Source of the DNA: Felis catus | Lineage: Eukaryota | Direction: 5' to 3' | Assembly: GCF_018350175.1 (NCBI RefSeq) | Contig: NC_058369.1 | Coordinates: forward strand, 7,070,001-7,134,000 | DNA length: 64,000 nt | Shown: positions 39,556 to 52,605 of the stretch, piece by piece | Layout: each line of letters opens with the position of its first letter | How positions within the stretch are numbered: position 1 is the first letter of the stretch | The notes under the pieces: generated by a model | The model's input: the letters and a program-made list of their open reading frames with translations, nothing else | Databases searched by the model: none | Told to the model about the DNA's origin: nothing | Translations under genes and position numbers: made by a program

Positions 39556-40498
39556 TTAGATTGTTTTGCTGAGGAGCCTCTGCATGGCCCTTTGGATGTC
39601 CCTGTTCCTCAGGCTGTAGATGAAAGGGTTCAACATGGGGGTGACCACAGTATACACCACCGAGGCCACTGCACCCTTCCTGGGGGAAGTTGACACGGCT
39701 GAACTGAGATACACCCCGAGTCCTGTTCCATAAAATAAGCAAACAACTGACAGGTGAGAGCCACAGGTGGAGAAGGCTTTGTACTTCCCACCTGTTGATG
39801 GGATTCTCAGAATGGAAGAAACAATTTTATAGTAAGAGAAAAAGATCCCTGAGATAGGGAGAAAGCCAGAGATGGCACCAACAAAATACATGACTACGTC
39901 ATTGGTGAAAGTGTCAGAACAGGCAAGGTTGAGGAGTTGAGAAGGATCACAGAAGAAATGAGAAATTTCCACATCCTTGAAGTAGGTAAGTTGTAACACG
40001 ATCGAATTGTGCATCTGGGAGACCAAAACGCTGATGAAAAGTGATGCCAAAACCAACAAGCCACAGAGGCGAGGGTTCATGATGACCAAGTAGCGCAGGG
40101 GGTGACAGATTGCCACAAACCGGTCATATGCCATCGCAGCCAGGAGGAGACTATCCAAACATCCAAAAAGCATAAAAAAAGACATCTGAGTCAGGCAGCC
40201 CACATACGAGATAACTCTGCTCTGAGTTTGGATGTCCACAATCATCTTGGGGATGGTAGTAGAGGTGAAACCGATGTCAGCCAATGACAGGTTGGAGAGG
40301 AAAAAGTACATGGGGGTGTGAAGGTGGGGGTCAGAGCTGATGGCCAGGATGATGAGCAGGTTCCCGAGCACACTGACCAGGTACATAGACAGGAACAGCC
40401 CAAAGAGGAGGGGCTGCAGTTCTAGATCATCTGAGAGTCCCGTGAGGAAGAATTCTGAAACCCTTGTTAGATTTTGTGGTTCTATGTACCTTGGACAC
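39556..40498 (-). CDS. OR7E-like olfactory receptor, paralog D, main coding exon (exon 2)
   Basis: Uninterrupted 7TM OR frame. Acceptor ttttctttttcaaaAG|G TGT; the canonical start position is ATA (IEPQNLT). Joins in frame to the exon at 51490-51539 (330 aa). Confidence 0.9.
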
Positions 40499-40893
40499 CT
40501 TTTGAAAAAGAAAAGAAGGTTGGAGAAAGTAAACAAGTCAATGGCCATTCAGCACTGTGTCCATATTGTGTATTCAAGCAGTTCACAAGGAAAATATTCA
40601 CACTTAGGATCATACACTCCAGTACCTTCAACAATATTTCTGTGCCTAAAATTCAATTGTCTTAGAACTGTTTCCTCACTCGTTTCTCTGTTATTCTCTC
40701 TTTCTCTTTCTTTTTTAAATTTTAGACAGAGTCCACAGGAGTGGAGGAGGGGGCAGAGGGAGTGGGATTGAGAATCCAGGGTTCCATCTCATGACCCTGG
40801 GACCATGATCTGAGCAGAAATCAAGTCAGCCACTCAAACAACTGAGCCATCCAGGTACCCTCTTCCTATACACACTTTAAAGATACTCAGCCA

Positions 40894-41114
40894 GGGGCGC
40901 CTGGGTGGCGCAGTCGGTTAAGCGTCCGACTTCAGCCAGGTCACAATCTCGCGGTCCGTGAGTTCGAGCCCCGCGTCAGGCTCTGGGCTGATGGCTCAGA
41001 GTCTGGAGCCTGTTTCCGATTCTGTATCTCCCTCTCTCTCTGCCCCTCCCCCGTTCATGCTCTGTGTCTCTCTGTCCCAAAAACAAATAAATGTTGAAAA
41101 AAAAAATTTTTTTT
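40894..41114 (+). mobile_element. Young felid Can-SINE (SINEC_Fc type)
   Basis: Near-identical to 24635-24859; flanking repeat aaagatactcagc. Confidence 0.95.
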
Positions 41115-42049
41115 AAAGATACTCAGCTGAAGAATGTTAGAGGAGCAAGAACATTTAGAGATAAATGATAAATCCATGATCACCATAAAATACTCTTTTA
41201 AAGAAATACATTGAATAAGAAACATTTTTCTCCCTTTAAGGAAAAAATTATTCTAATTAAAGGGCACTTAGAAGCATCCTATTTTTTCAAATAAGTGCAA
41301 GAAATTCTCTTTAGGATATTGATAAACTGTGTAATTGCTAGAATTACATTCTGACATTCTAAATTAAAGTCAAATATTTACAATCAGAAAGTTTTTCAAA
41401 GTGTATTAATTTTCTTCATGGGTTTCATCACTGTCTGGTTTTCTGACTTTTCTCCTCAATGGAAATATGTGTTCACTCAAATATGTGGGTTGTCTCCTTA
41501 AAGTCTTTTCAAATATAGGGGTGCCTGTTGGCTCAGTCGGTTAAACGTCCAACTCCTGATTTCGGTCATGATCTCATGGTTCATGGGTTCAAGCCCTGTG
41601 TTGGACTCTATGCTGACAGCACAAAGCCTGCTTAAAATTCTCTCTCTCTCTCTCTCTCTCTCTCAAAATAAATAAATTTGAACATCTTTTCAAATATAAC
41701 TCTTAACTGTAGACTTTAAATTTTAATAAACATATTTTAGATAAATGCACAAAATCATGCATCATCAGTGACCCCATAGATGGCATTCGTGTACAATGCA
41801 GCTCTCAATCATTAAACTATAAATAACTTTTAAAAAATACTGTCATTCTATCTCATTTTATGCAGGATTATATATAAACACTACACAATCTCAGGACTGG
41901 TGTTTGACACTGCTCTTTAGGGTGCTTTTTGTTTGTTTGTTTGTTTGTTTTTGTTTTGTTTTTTTGGTCTGCATTTTGTAGTGCTTTGGTATTAGTACAA
42001 GTGTTTACAGGTATTTCTAATCCTAAACATTTAGAAGGGCTGCTTCTTT

Positions 42050-45000
42050 TTATATTTTTAAAATATTTTTTACTTTTTTGTGAATTTTTTGTTCCATTTT
42101 ACTTTCATAATTTCATTTTATTCTATTTTATTGTATTCATTTTTTAAATTTTCAAACATTTTCCTTTTTTTCCCTTTATTTTCTTTCCCTTCTTCCTCTA
42201 TTCTATCAAGCCTCTTTCAACAACCAGACCAAAACAACCTAGGACCTAGCATCCTTTATTTGATTTTTTGTGTTGTTTTTAATTTAAAATTTTTATTTTA
42301 TTAATTCTTTTTCTTCTTCCAAAATGACAAAACAAAGGAATTCACCCCAAAAGAAAGGATAGGAAGAAATGACAGCTGGGGACTTAATCGATATATATAC
42401 AAGCAAGATGTCTGAACAAGAATCTAGAATCACGATAATAAGGACACTAGCTGGGGGTGAAAACAGATTAGAATCCCTTCCTGCAGAGATAAAAGAAATA
42501 AAAGCCAGTCAGGATGAAATAAAAATACCAAAACTGAGCTGCAGTTTCCAATGAATGCCATGGCAGCAAGGATGCATGCAGTAGAACAGTGAATCGGTGA
42601 TAATAGAGGACAAACTTATCAATAATTATGAAGCAGGAAAAAAGAGGGTAACTAAGGCAAAAGAGCATAATATAAGAATTAGAGAACTCAGCGACTCATT
42701 AAAAAGGAATAACATCAGAATCATAGGGGTCCCAGAAGATGAAGAGATAGTAAAAGGGGTAGAAAATTTATGTGAGCAAATCATAGCAGAAAACTTTCCT
42801 AACCTGGGGAAGACACAGACATCAAAATCCAGGACACGCAGAGAACTCCCATTAGATTCAACAAAAACTGACCATCAACAAAGCACATCATAGTCAAATT
42901 CACAAAGTACACAGACAAGGAAAGAACCAAGAAAGCAGCAAGGGGGAAAAAAAAGTCCTTAACCTACAAGGGAAGACAGATGAGGTTCATAGCAGACCTA
43001 TTCACAGAAACTTGGCAGACCAGAAAGGAGTGGCAGGATACATTCAATGTCCTGAGTCAGAAAAAATATGCAGCCGAGAATTCTTCATCCAGCAAGACTG
43101 TAATTTAAAATAGGAGAGATAAAAAGTTTCCCAGACAAACAAAAACTAAAGGAGTTCGTGACCACTAAACCAGCACTGCAAGAAATTTTAAGGGGGACTC
43201 TCTGAGGCAAGAAAAGATGAAAGACAACGAAAAAGACCAAAAGCAACAAAGACTAGAAAGGAGCAGAGAACACCACCAGAAACTCCCAACTCTACAGGTA
43301 ACACAATGGCAATAAATTCATATCTTTCAGTACTTACCCTAAATGTCAATGAACTAAATGCTCCAATAAAAGACGTAGAGTAACCGAATGGATAAGAAAA
43401 CAAGATCCATCTATATGCTGTTTACAAGACACCCATTTTAGACCTAAAGACACCTTCAGGTTGAAAGTAAAGGGATGGAGAACCATCTATCATGCTAATG
43501 GTCGCCAAAAGGAAGCTGGTAGCCATACTTAGACAATCTAGATTTTAAAATAAAGACTAACAAGAGATTAAGAAGGACATTATATCATAATTAAGGGGAC
43601 TATCCACCAAGATGACCAAACAGTTGTAAACACCTATGACCCCAACGTGAAGCGCCCAAATATATAAATCAATTAATCATGGACATACAGAAGCTCATTG
43701 ATAATACCATAATAGTAGGGGACTTCAACACCTCACTTACAGCAATGGACAGATATCTAAACAGAAAATGAACATGGAAACAATGGCTTTGAATGACACA
43801 CTGGACCAGATGGACTTAACAGATATATTCAGAACATTTCATCCTAAAGCAGGGGAATATACATCCTTCTGTAGTGCACATGGAACATTCTCCAGAATAG
43901 ATTACATACTGGGACACAAATCAGCCCTCAACAAGTACAAAAGGATCGAGATCACACTGCATATTTTCAGACCACAAAGCTATAAAACTCAAAATCAACC
44001 ACAAGAAAATATTTGAAAAGACAACAAACACTTGTAGACTAAAGAACATCCTAGTAAAGAATGAATGGTCTAACCAAGAAATTAAAAGGTAGATGGAAGC
44101 CAATGAAAATGATAACACCACAGCCTAAAACCTCTGGGATGCAGCAAAGGCAGTCATAAGAGGGAAGTATATAGCAATCCAAACTTTCCTAAAGAAAGAA
44201 GAAAGGTCTCAGATATACAACTTAACCTTACACCTTAAAGAGCTGGAAGAAGAACAGCAAATAAAACTCAAAACCAGCAGAAGACAGGAAATAATAAAGA
44301 TTAGAGCAGAAATCAATGCTATTGAAACCAAAAAACCAGTACAACAGATCAACAAAACCAGAAGCTGGTTCTTTGAAAGAACTCACAAAATTGATAACCT
44401 TCTAGCAAGTTTGATCAAAAAGAAAAAGGAAAGGACCCAAATAAATAAAATCAAGAATGAAAGAGGAGAGATCACAACCAACACAGCAGAAATAAAAACA
44501 ATAATAAGAGAATATTGTGAGTAATTATACGCCAATAAAATGGGCAATCTGGAAGAAATGGAAAAATTCCTAGAAACATATAAACTACCACAACTGAAAC
44601 AGGAAGAAATAGAAAATTTTAACAGACCATAACCAGTAAAAACCATCAAATTAGTAATCAAATATCTCCCCAAAAACAAAAGTCCAAGGCCAGATGGCTT
44701 TCCAGGGTAATTCTACCAAACATTTAGAGTTAACACTTACTATTTTGAAGCTGTTCCAAAAAATAGAAATCAAAGGGAATCTTCCAAACTCACTCTATGA
44801 AGCCAGCATTACCTTGACTCCAAAACCAGACAAAGACCCCCTATAAAAAGGAGAACTACAGATCCATTTCCTGATGAACATCCTCAACAAGATACTAGCC
44901 AACTGGATCCAACAATATATTCAAAGAATTTTTCACCAACCAAGTGGAATTTATACCTGGGTTGCAGGACTGGTTCAATATCCACAAAACAATTAACGTG

Positions 45001-47379
45001 ATTCATCACATCAATAAAAGAAAGGACAAGAACCATATGATCCTCTCAATAGATGCAGAGAAAGCATTTGACCAAATACAGCATTATTACTTGATAAAAA
45101 CCCTCAAGAAAGTAGGGATAGAAGGATCATACCGCGAGATCATAAAAGCCATATATGAAAGAACAACTGCTAATATCATCCTCAATGGGGAAAAACTGAG
45201 AGCTTTCCCCCTAAGGTCAGGAACAAGACAGGGATGTCCAATCTAGCCACTGTTATTCAACATAGTATTGGAAGTCTTAGCCTCAGCAATCAGACAACAC
45301 AAAGAAATAAAAGGCATCCAAATCAGCCAGGAGGAGGTCAAACTTTCACTCTTTGCAGATGACATGATACTCTATATGGAAAACCCAAAAAAATCCATAA
45401 AAAAAAACTGCTATAATTGGTCCATGAATTTGCAAAGTCTCAGGATATAAAATCAATGCACAGAAATTGGTTGCATTCCTATACACCAATAATGAAGCAA
45501 CAGAAAGAGAAATCAAGGAATCGATCTCATTTACAATTGCACCAAAAACCATAAAATACCTTGGAATACACCTAACCAAAGAGGTGAAAAACCTATACAC
45601 TGAAAACTATAGAAAGTTTATGAAAGAAATTGAAGAAGACACCAAAAAAATGGAAAAACATTCCATGCTCATGGGTTGGAAGAACAAATATTGTTAAAAT
45701 GTCAATACTACACAAAGCAATCTACATAGTCAATGTAATCCCTATCAAAATAATACCAGCATTCTTCACAGAGCTAGAAGAAACAATCCTAAAATTTGTA
45801 GGGAACCACAAAAGACCCTGAATAGCCAAAGAAATCCTGAAAGAGAAAACCAAACCTGGAGGCATCACAATCCTTGACTTTAAGCTGTATTACAAAGCTG
45901 CAATCATCAAGACAGTATGCTACTGGCACAAGAACAGACACTCAGATCAATGGAACAGAATAGAGAACCCAGAAATGGACCCACAAACATATGGCCAACT
46001 AATCTTTGACAAGCAGGAAAGAATACCCAATGGGATAAAGACAGTTTCTTCAGCAAGTGGTGCTGGAAAAACTGGACAGCAACATGCAGAAAAATGAACT
46101 TGGACCACTTTCTTATACCAGACACAAAAAGAAACTCAAAATGGATGAAAGACCTAAATGTAAGACAGGAAACCATCAAAATCCTAGAGAACACAGGCAA
46201 AAACCTCTTTGATCTTGGCTACAGCAACTTCTTACTCAACACGTCTCCGGAGGCAAGGGAAACAAAAGCAAAAATGAACTATTGGGACCTCATCAAGATA
46301 AAAAGCTTCTGCACGGCAAAGGAAACAATTGGCAAAACTAAAAGGCAACTGACAGAATGGGAGAAGATATTTGCAAATGACATAACACATATAGGGTTAG
46401 TATACAAAATCTACAAAGGACTTCTCAAACTCAACACCCAAAAACAACTAATCCAGTGAAGAAATGGCCAAGAGACATGAATAGACACTTTTCCAAAGAC
46501 ATCCAGATGACTGACAGACACATGAAAAAATGCTCAACATCACTCATCATCAGGGAAATACAAATCAAAACCACAATGAGATACCACCTCACACCTGTCA
46601 GAATGGCTAACATTAACAACTCAGGCAACAACAGATGTTGGTGAGGATGCGGAGAAAGAGGATCTCTTTTGCACTGCTGGTGGGAATGCAAACTGGTGCA
46701 AGCCACTCTGGAAAACAGTATGGAGGTTCCTCAAAAAATTAAAAATAGAACTACCCTATGACCCAGCAATTGTACTACTAGGTGTATATCCGAGGGATAC
46801 AGGTGTGCTGTTTCAAAGGGGCACATGCACCCCAATGTTTATAGCAGCACTATTGACAACAGCCAAAGTATGGAAAGAGACCAAATGCCCATTGATGGAT
46901 GAATGGATAAAGAAGATGTGGTGTGTGTATATATATATACACACATACACACACACACACACACACATAATGGAATATTACTTGGCAACCAAAAAGAATG
47001 AAATCTTGCCATTTGCAACTATGTGGATGGAACTAGAGGTTGTTATGCTAAGCAAACTAACTCAGTCAGAGAAAGACAAATATCATATGACTTCACTCGT
47101 AAGTGAAATTTAAGATACAAAACAGATGGACATAAGGGAAGCAAAAATAATGTAAAAACAGGGAGGGGAACAAACCTTAAGAGACTCTTAAATACAGAGA
47201 ACAAACTGAGGGTTGTTGGATGGGCTGTGGGGGGGCAGGGATGGGCTAAATGGGTAAGGGGTATTAAGGAAGACACATGTTGGGATGAGCACTGGATGTT
47301 ATACATAGGGGATGAATCACTGGAATCTACTCCTGAAATCATTATTGCACTACATGCTAACTTGGATGTAAATTAGAAA

Positions 47380-47414
<35 letters not shown>

Positions 47415-47441
47415 ATATAAATAAATGAATAAATAAATAAA
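42050..47441 (+). mobile_element. Near full-length but decayed felid L1 (5'UTR truncated; ORF1 about 42324-43206, ORF2 about 43306-47113, both disrupted)
   Basis: ORF1 start ATGACAAAACAAAGGAATTCACCC; endonuclease motifs (GDFN, HGTFSRIDYILG); RT motifs GTRQGCP and LFADDM at 45349-45366; many stops and frameshifts; (TAAA)n tail 47378-47441. Confidence 0.95.
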
Positions 47442-49665
47442 TTCCTGCGGAATCTAATTGTCCTGCACACCTGCCCCCAAAGCAACCACTGTCATCAATT
47501 AGGTGAGTATATTTTCTGTCGGTGTTTCCATAATGTTAGTACTTATTTACATATTTACAAACTTTTCTTGAAAATTTACCTAAACAGTATATTACTACAT
47601 ACACTGCATCTAAAGTGTTCTTGTTTACTACATTGTGTTTAAATCTAGATATAATACTTTAAGTGATACATAGTACTATCCGAGGAATTAACTTCATTTG
47701 ATTTGTCAATTCCTTATTTCAATAACTCTATGAAAATCCTTTTTGCATATCATGCAGGTGAGATTTCTATATGACATGTGCATGGAAAATAGTTGTTTGT
47801 GTTGTAAAAATCAGTGCAAGTCCAATTTCACTATTTATTGCCTACATTTGTTTTCCCAGTAGAAAAATTAGTTGGTACAACTACATGCTATTATTAAGGT
47901 ATAGAATCAGGAGCACCTGGGTAGCTCAGTTGGTTAAGCGTCTGACTTTGACTCAGGTCATGATCTCGTGGTTTGTGAGTTCGAGCCCTGCGGTGGCTCT
48001 GTGCTGACAGCTCAGACCCTGGAGCCTGCTTTGGATTCTGTGTCTCCTCCTCTCTGTGCCCCTCCCATGCTCATGCTCTGTATCTCTCTGTCTCTCAATA
48101 ATAAATAAACATTTTTAAAAAATTTTTAAAGGTATAGAATCAGAAATATTTCTCAAGTATCTAATAATAGTCATTCTGTGATATCTCCGTTTAAATATTC
48201 ACATTTTATGTAGGGAATATATTTCCATATCTCAGATTTTCAAACTTGGCCGTAAAGTGCATTACTATTCATAGGAAATCCTATAATCCACTATATTAGT
48301 GCTGTAAGTACTCCCCAAAACCACAGTAACCTAATTCACAGAAATATGTGTAAATCCCTCAACCTCTCTGTGTTGGACTCCCTTCTCTGGAAATGGAGAG
48401 GATAAGAGCCATCTCCAGAGATGTGTGGCACTTAAAGGAAGAGGAACTTAATAAATATTTGGTCACTTTGTACCCAGAATTTGAATCATTATTGTAATAG
48501 TGGGTTTCTTGATGAAATGCAATCCTATGCACATTTGAATCACCTTTTACTCGATTATATGGAGAAAATATGAAGGCTCTCTTCTCAAGGTGCTAGGAAT
48601 CTTAAAATGTGTCTAAGCTGACACAGTAAAATTTATCTTCCCCTTCGCATTCTGCCTTTTCTTTTTGATACTTATGAAAATCACTGTAACGATTTCTTAG
48701 TAACTGAATGTTGTAGATGCTATTAAATAGAAAATAATAGATCCTATTGAAAGTTTATGACATAGATACAAACAAGTGGTATTTTTTCTTATCCCTTGTC
48801 CTATGGGATGTCCCCAGGACGGATGAAGGGTCAAGCAGGAAAGCAGCAGTTTGTGCAAGCCATATTGACTATGCTTCGTTCCTGTGACTCAAAGAAGGGT
48901 CTATTCAATATTTAACATATTTGAGGGTTTCGTTGTTGTTGCCTACTCTGGGACAAAGATAATATAAGTTCTGGAGAATCAGAAATGAATGTGACTCAGT
49001 TATTCCCTTCCAAGTACTGAATACTTGTACAGGGACAAAAATTGAAATTTTTATTAGTATCCGTTGAAAATCAATCAGATCACAGGATATTTGGGTTGAA
49101 TGGTATAATAAAGCTTGGTATTAACAATATTAATCAACATTATCAATAATAATATCTAAATCTTTTGCCCTTACTATATGGATCCATCACATATTTAACG
49201 ACATTGTTAGTATTCATTATCTATTTAGTCCTTACTCGGTGGAGTAGTATCAACCAGGAATCTATTCAGATGACAATTTTGAGGCTCAGAGATACTAAGG
49301 ACTTGCTCCAGGTCACTAGATAATAAGTAGAGAACATAGGACTTAAAATTATATTATGAATGGGGCACCTGGGTGGCTCAGTTGGTTCAGTGTCTGACTT
49401 CAGCTCAGGTCATGATCTCGAGGTTCGTGAGTTCAAGTCCCACATTGAGCTTTCTGCTGTCAATGCAGAGCTTGATTTGGATCTTCTGTCTCCCTATCTC
49501 TCTGCCTCTTCCCTGGTTCTTCTCTCTCTCTCTCTCAAAAATAAATAAACATAAAAAAAAAAAAGAAATACGGATTTCCAGCAATCTTTGTTTTAAAAAA
49601 ATTATATTATGGTTCTGAGGCACATGCATTTTACTTCTTCACTCTGTTAAAACTCAGAAACTTTA

Positions 49666-49885
49666 GGGGCGCCTGGGTGGCACAGTCGACTAAGCGTCCG
49701 ACTTCAGCCAGGTCACGATCTTGCGGTCTGTGAGTTCGAGCCCCACGTCAGGCTCTGGGCTGATGGCTCGGAGCCTGGAGCCTGTTTCCGATTCTGCGTC
49801 TCCCTCTCTCTCTGCCCATCCCCCGTTCATACTCTGTCTCTCTCTGTCCCAAAAATAAATAAAGGTTGAAAAAAAAATTTTTTTT
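49666..49885 (+). mobile_element. Young felid Can-SINE (SINEC_Fc type)
   Basis: 15-bp TSD aactcagaaacttta at 49651-49665 and 49886-49900. Confidence 0.95.
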
Positions 49886-50207
49886 AACTCAGAAACTTTA
49901 AAGCAGGGATCCACAGGTCTTCACAATAACACATCTATTATACATCTTTTAATAATTTCTGTTTTCCTGATTGTGCATAGAAACTGAGACATTGACGTTA
50001 TGTCTCCCTTTGAAATGGAGAAGGGCTAAATTATAAGCATGGAGTAGGAGGGGCACCTGGGTGGCCCAGTCAGTTAAGAGTCTGACTTTTGATTTTGGCT
50101 CAGGTCATGATCTCATGGTCATAGGATCGAGTCCTATGGCCGACTCCACTCTGGGCATGGAGTCTGCTTAAGATTCTTTCTGCCCCTCTTCCCCACTTGC
50201 AATCTCT

Positions 50208-50209
50208 GA

Positions 50210-50301
<92 letters not shown>

Positions 50302-50400
50302 AAAGAAGAAAGAAAAGAAGAAAGAAAGAAAAGAAAGGAAAAGAAAAGAAAAGAAAAGAAAAGAAAAGAAAAGAAAAGAAAAGAAAAGAAGAAAGAAATA
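50208..50400 (+). repeat. (GAAA)n/(GAAAA)n microsatellite grown from the tail of a Can-SINE (about 50050-50207)
   Basis: Seen directly. Confidence 0.95.
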
Positions 50401-51032
50401 AAGAGAAAATGGAGGAGGAAGTGGACAACTGAGGCAAAGTCCAGGAACCAGGGCCAGAGAAAGACCTACCCTAAGCTGTACTGTCATGAGCCGGCTCTTT
50501 CTGTGATCTGGGCCAGCGATCTCAGACACCCTCCCTATAGATGATACACCAACGGCTCACCACTGTGGTTTACCAGTTACCTCCAAATAGAAGAGCACAG
50601 TGAGCAGAGAGTGTATGGGTGGAATGACCAGAGAAGTGAAGTGGTTGGTTGCATTGGCAAGGAGAGAATACTGGCCAGGGGCACTGTGTCTGGAGACAGA
50701 CCGTTTGATTCAAACCTGGCTTCATCCCATTCTATCCCATGACCTGGTACAAGTTACATTAAAAGGCTATAATCCTCTCCTCTTTAAAAGAACAATAATA
50801 TGTACACATATTTTAGGGGTGACTACGTAAGTGAAAAGAAACAGTCTACATAAAGCACTTTATTTCAGAGCCTGGTACTTGCGAATCCTTAAAAAGTCTT
50901 CATGATATCAAGTACATAGTCATCTGTCATCATTCCCCTGCTCATCTTCCACTTTCATGATCATTTTGGAATGTTTAAGAGAAGGTTTAGAGGGACTTGT
51001 TTCCTGCTCTGGTTAGAAAGGTTCTTACAGGA

Positions 51033-51255
51033 GGGGCGTCTGGGTGGCTCATTCAGTTGGGCTTCTGACTTTGGCTCAGGTCATGATCTTGCAGTTTGTG
51101 AGTTTGAGCCCTGCATCAGACTCTGGGCTGACAGCTCAGAGCCTGGAACCTGCTTTGGATTCTTTGTCTCCCTCTCTCCCTCTGCCCCTCTCCCGCTCAT
51201 GCTCGCTTTCTCTCTCTCTGTCTCAAAAATAAACGTTTAAAAAAATTTGTTTAAA
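51033..51255 (+). mobile_element. Can-SINE
   Basis: Canonical; flanking repeat ttagaaaggttc(t/c)tacagga. Confidence 0.9.
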
Positions 51256-51489
51256 AAGAAGTATTTAGAAAGGTTCCTACAGGAGCTAGAACCCGTGTGG
51301 GAGGAAAGCAGAACTTTGAGAATTTTCAGATTCCCACCAGAACCAAGAACATAAACCTCACAGCCTCTGAGCTGAAACTACATATGGTTCCCTTCCATCT
51401 GGCTTCTCCAACTATCCTGCTTATCCTGATGATGAAGAAACAACGCTCCCCAAGCCATTCCTGTATCCAATATCCCCAGCATCACTCAC

Positions 51490-51539
51490 GGCACTGTGCT
51501 GCCTCTGTGTTGGGGAATAACAAAGGAATTACGATCCAT
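51490..51539 (-). CDS. Predicted coding part of exon 1 of paralog D (MDRNSFVIPQHRGSTV + 2 nt)
   Basis: ATG 51539 (gtgATGg); donor GCC|GTGAGT (intron starts 51489); 50 nt is phase 2, the same length as exon 1 of B, and matches the acceptor at 40498. Confidence 0.7.
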
Positions 51540-51709
51540 CACCCTTCTTGTGCCTGGTGAGTGATGAAGGCTCAGGCTCTGTTCTCAGGACCTGCAGGAA
51601 GACAGAGTCAGGTATGGACCCCTTGATGCATATAATGATTCTGGGAAGAGAGGACACACATACAGATCCAACTGTGCTGGGACAGGCCAACTGAAAGTCT
51701 GCAGAGCAC

Positions 51710-51890
51710 AGGCCAATTATTTATAGTCGTGTGGGCCTGAAAGCTCAATGTACAGAGCTCCTAATTAGCCAGATTGGTCTGTGTTCTCCCAATCTCTGAA
51801 GACTTGTTAATATTAATGGACCAGGAACATAGGGAAAGGAAATGTCTTTGGTCGGCTCTGAGGCCTTCCACTTCTCAGGGGGAATTGCAC
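51710..51890 (-). promoter_or_regulatory. Putative OR promoter of paralog D
   Basis: Palindromic CTAATTAG 51761-51768; O/E-like TTCTCAGGGGGA near 51873. Confidence 0.65.
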
Positions 51891-52059
51891 CTGTACGCTT
51901 CTGATTTTCAGGTTTCACATATCAATAAAAAACCGAGACTTAATTTTTAAATTAATGTACATAAATGTGAGTTTATCATTCATCAAATGCATTCATATGA
52001 CTGAGCAATTTAGGGAGAATTAGGACTTCTATATCAGGAATCTGGTAGTACTTCCATTT

Positions 52060-52565
52060 TCTCAGTTAATATTTGTGGCTCTAAGAACACTTAACATGAG
52101 ATCTACCCTTTTAACAAACTTTGAAGTATTCATATATTATTGTCGACTTTAGGTACAATGTTGTACATCTCTAGAGCTTATTCATCTTGCTTGACTGAAA
52201 CTTTATGCCCTTTGATTGCCCATTTCCCCCTCCTGCCACAACTCTACTCTGACTCTATGAATTTTACTATTTTAGATACATAAACGGAATCATGCAGTAT
52301 TTATCTTTCTGTGATTGGCTTATTTCATTTAGCATAATCTCCTTAAGGCTCACCATGTTGTTTCAAATAACAGAATGTCCTTCTTTCTTCAGGCTGAATA
52401 GTATATATATGTATATATACTAGATAGATAGATAGATCACAGTTTTTTTATCCATTCATCTGTCAGTGGACATTTAGGTTGTTCCCAGATCTTGGCTATT
52501 TTGAGTAGTACTACAGGGAACATAGATCTCTCTTTGGGATCTTGATTTCAATTCTTTTGGAGATA

Positions 52566-52605
<40 letters not shown>

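Noticed and set aside
42050..47441. Possibly active L1
   Set aside because: The GC-rich 5' promoter is missing and both ORFs carry many stops and frameshifts.
50134..50544. Low-complexity FLSF/KERK ORFs
   Set aside because: Translation of the (GAAA)n microsatellite; also not a CRISPR-like array, since there are no unique spacers.
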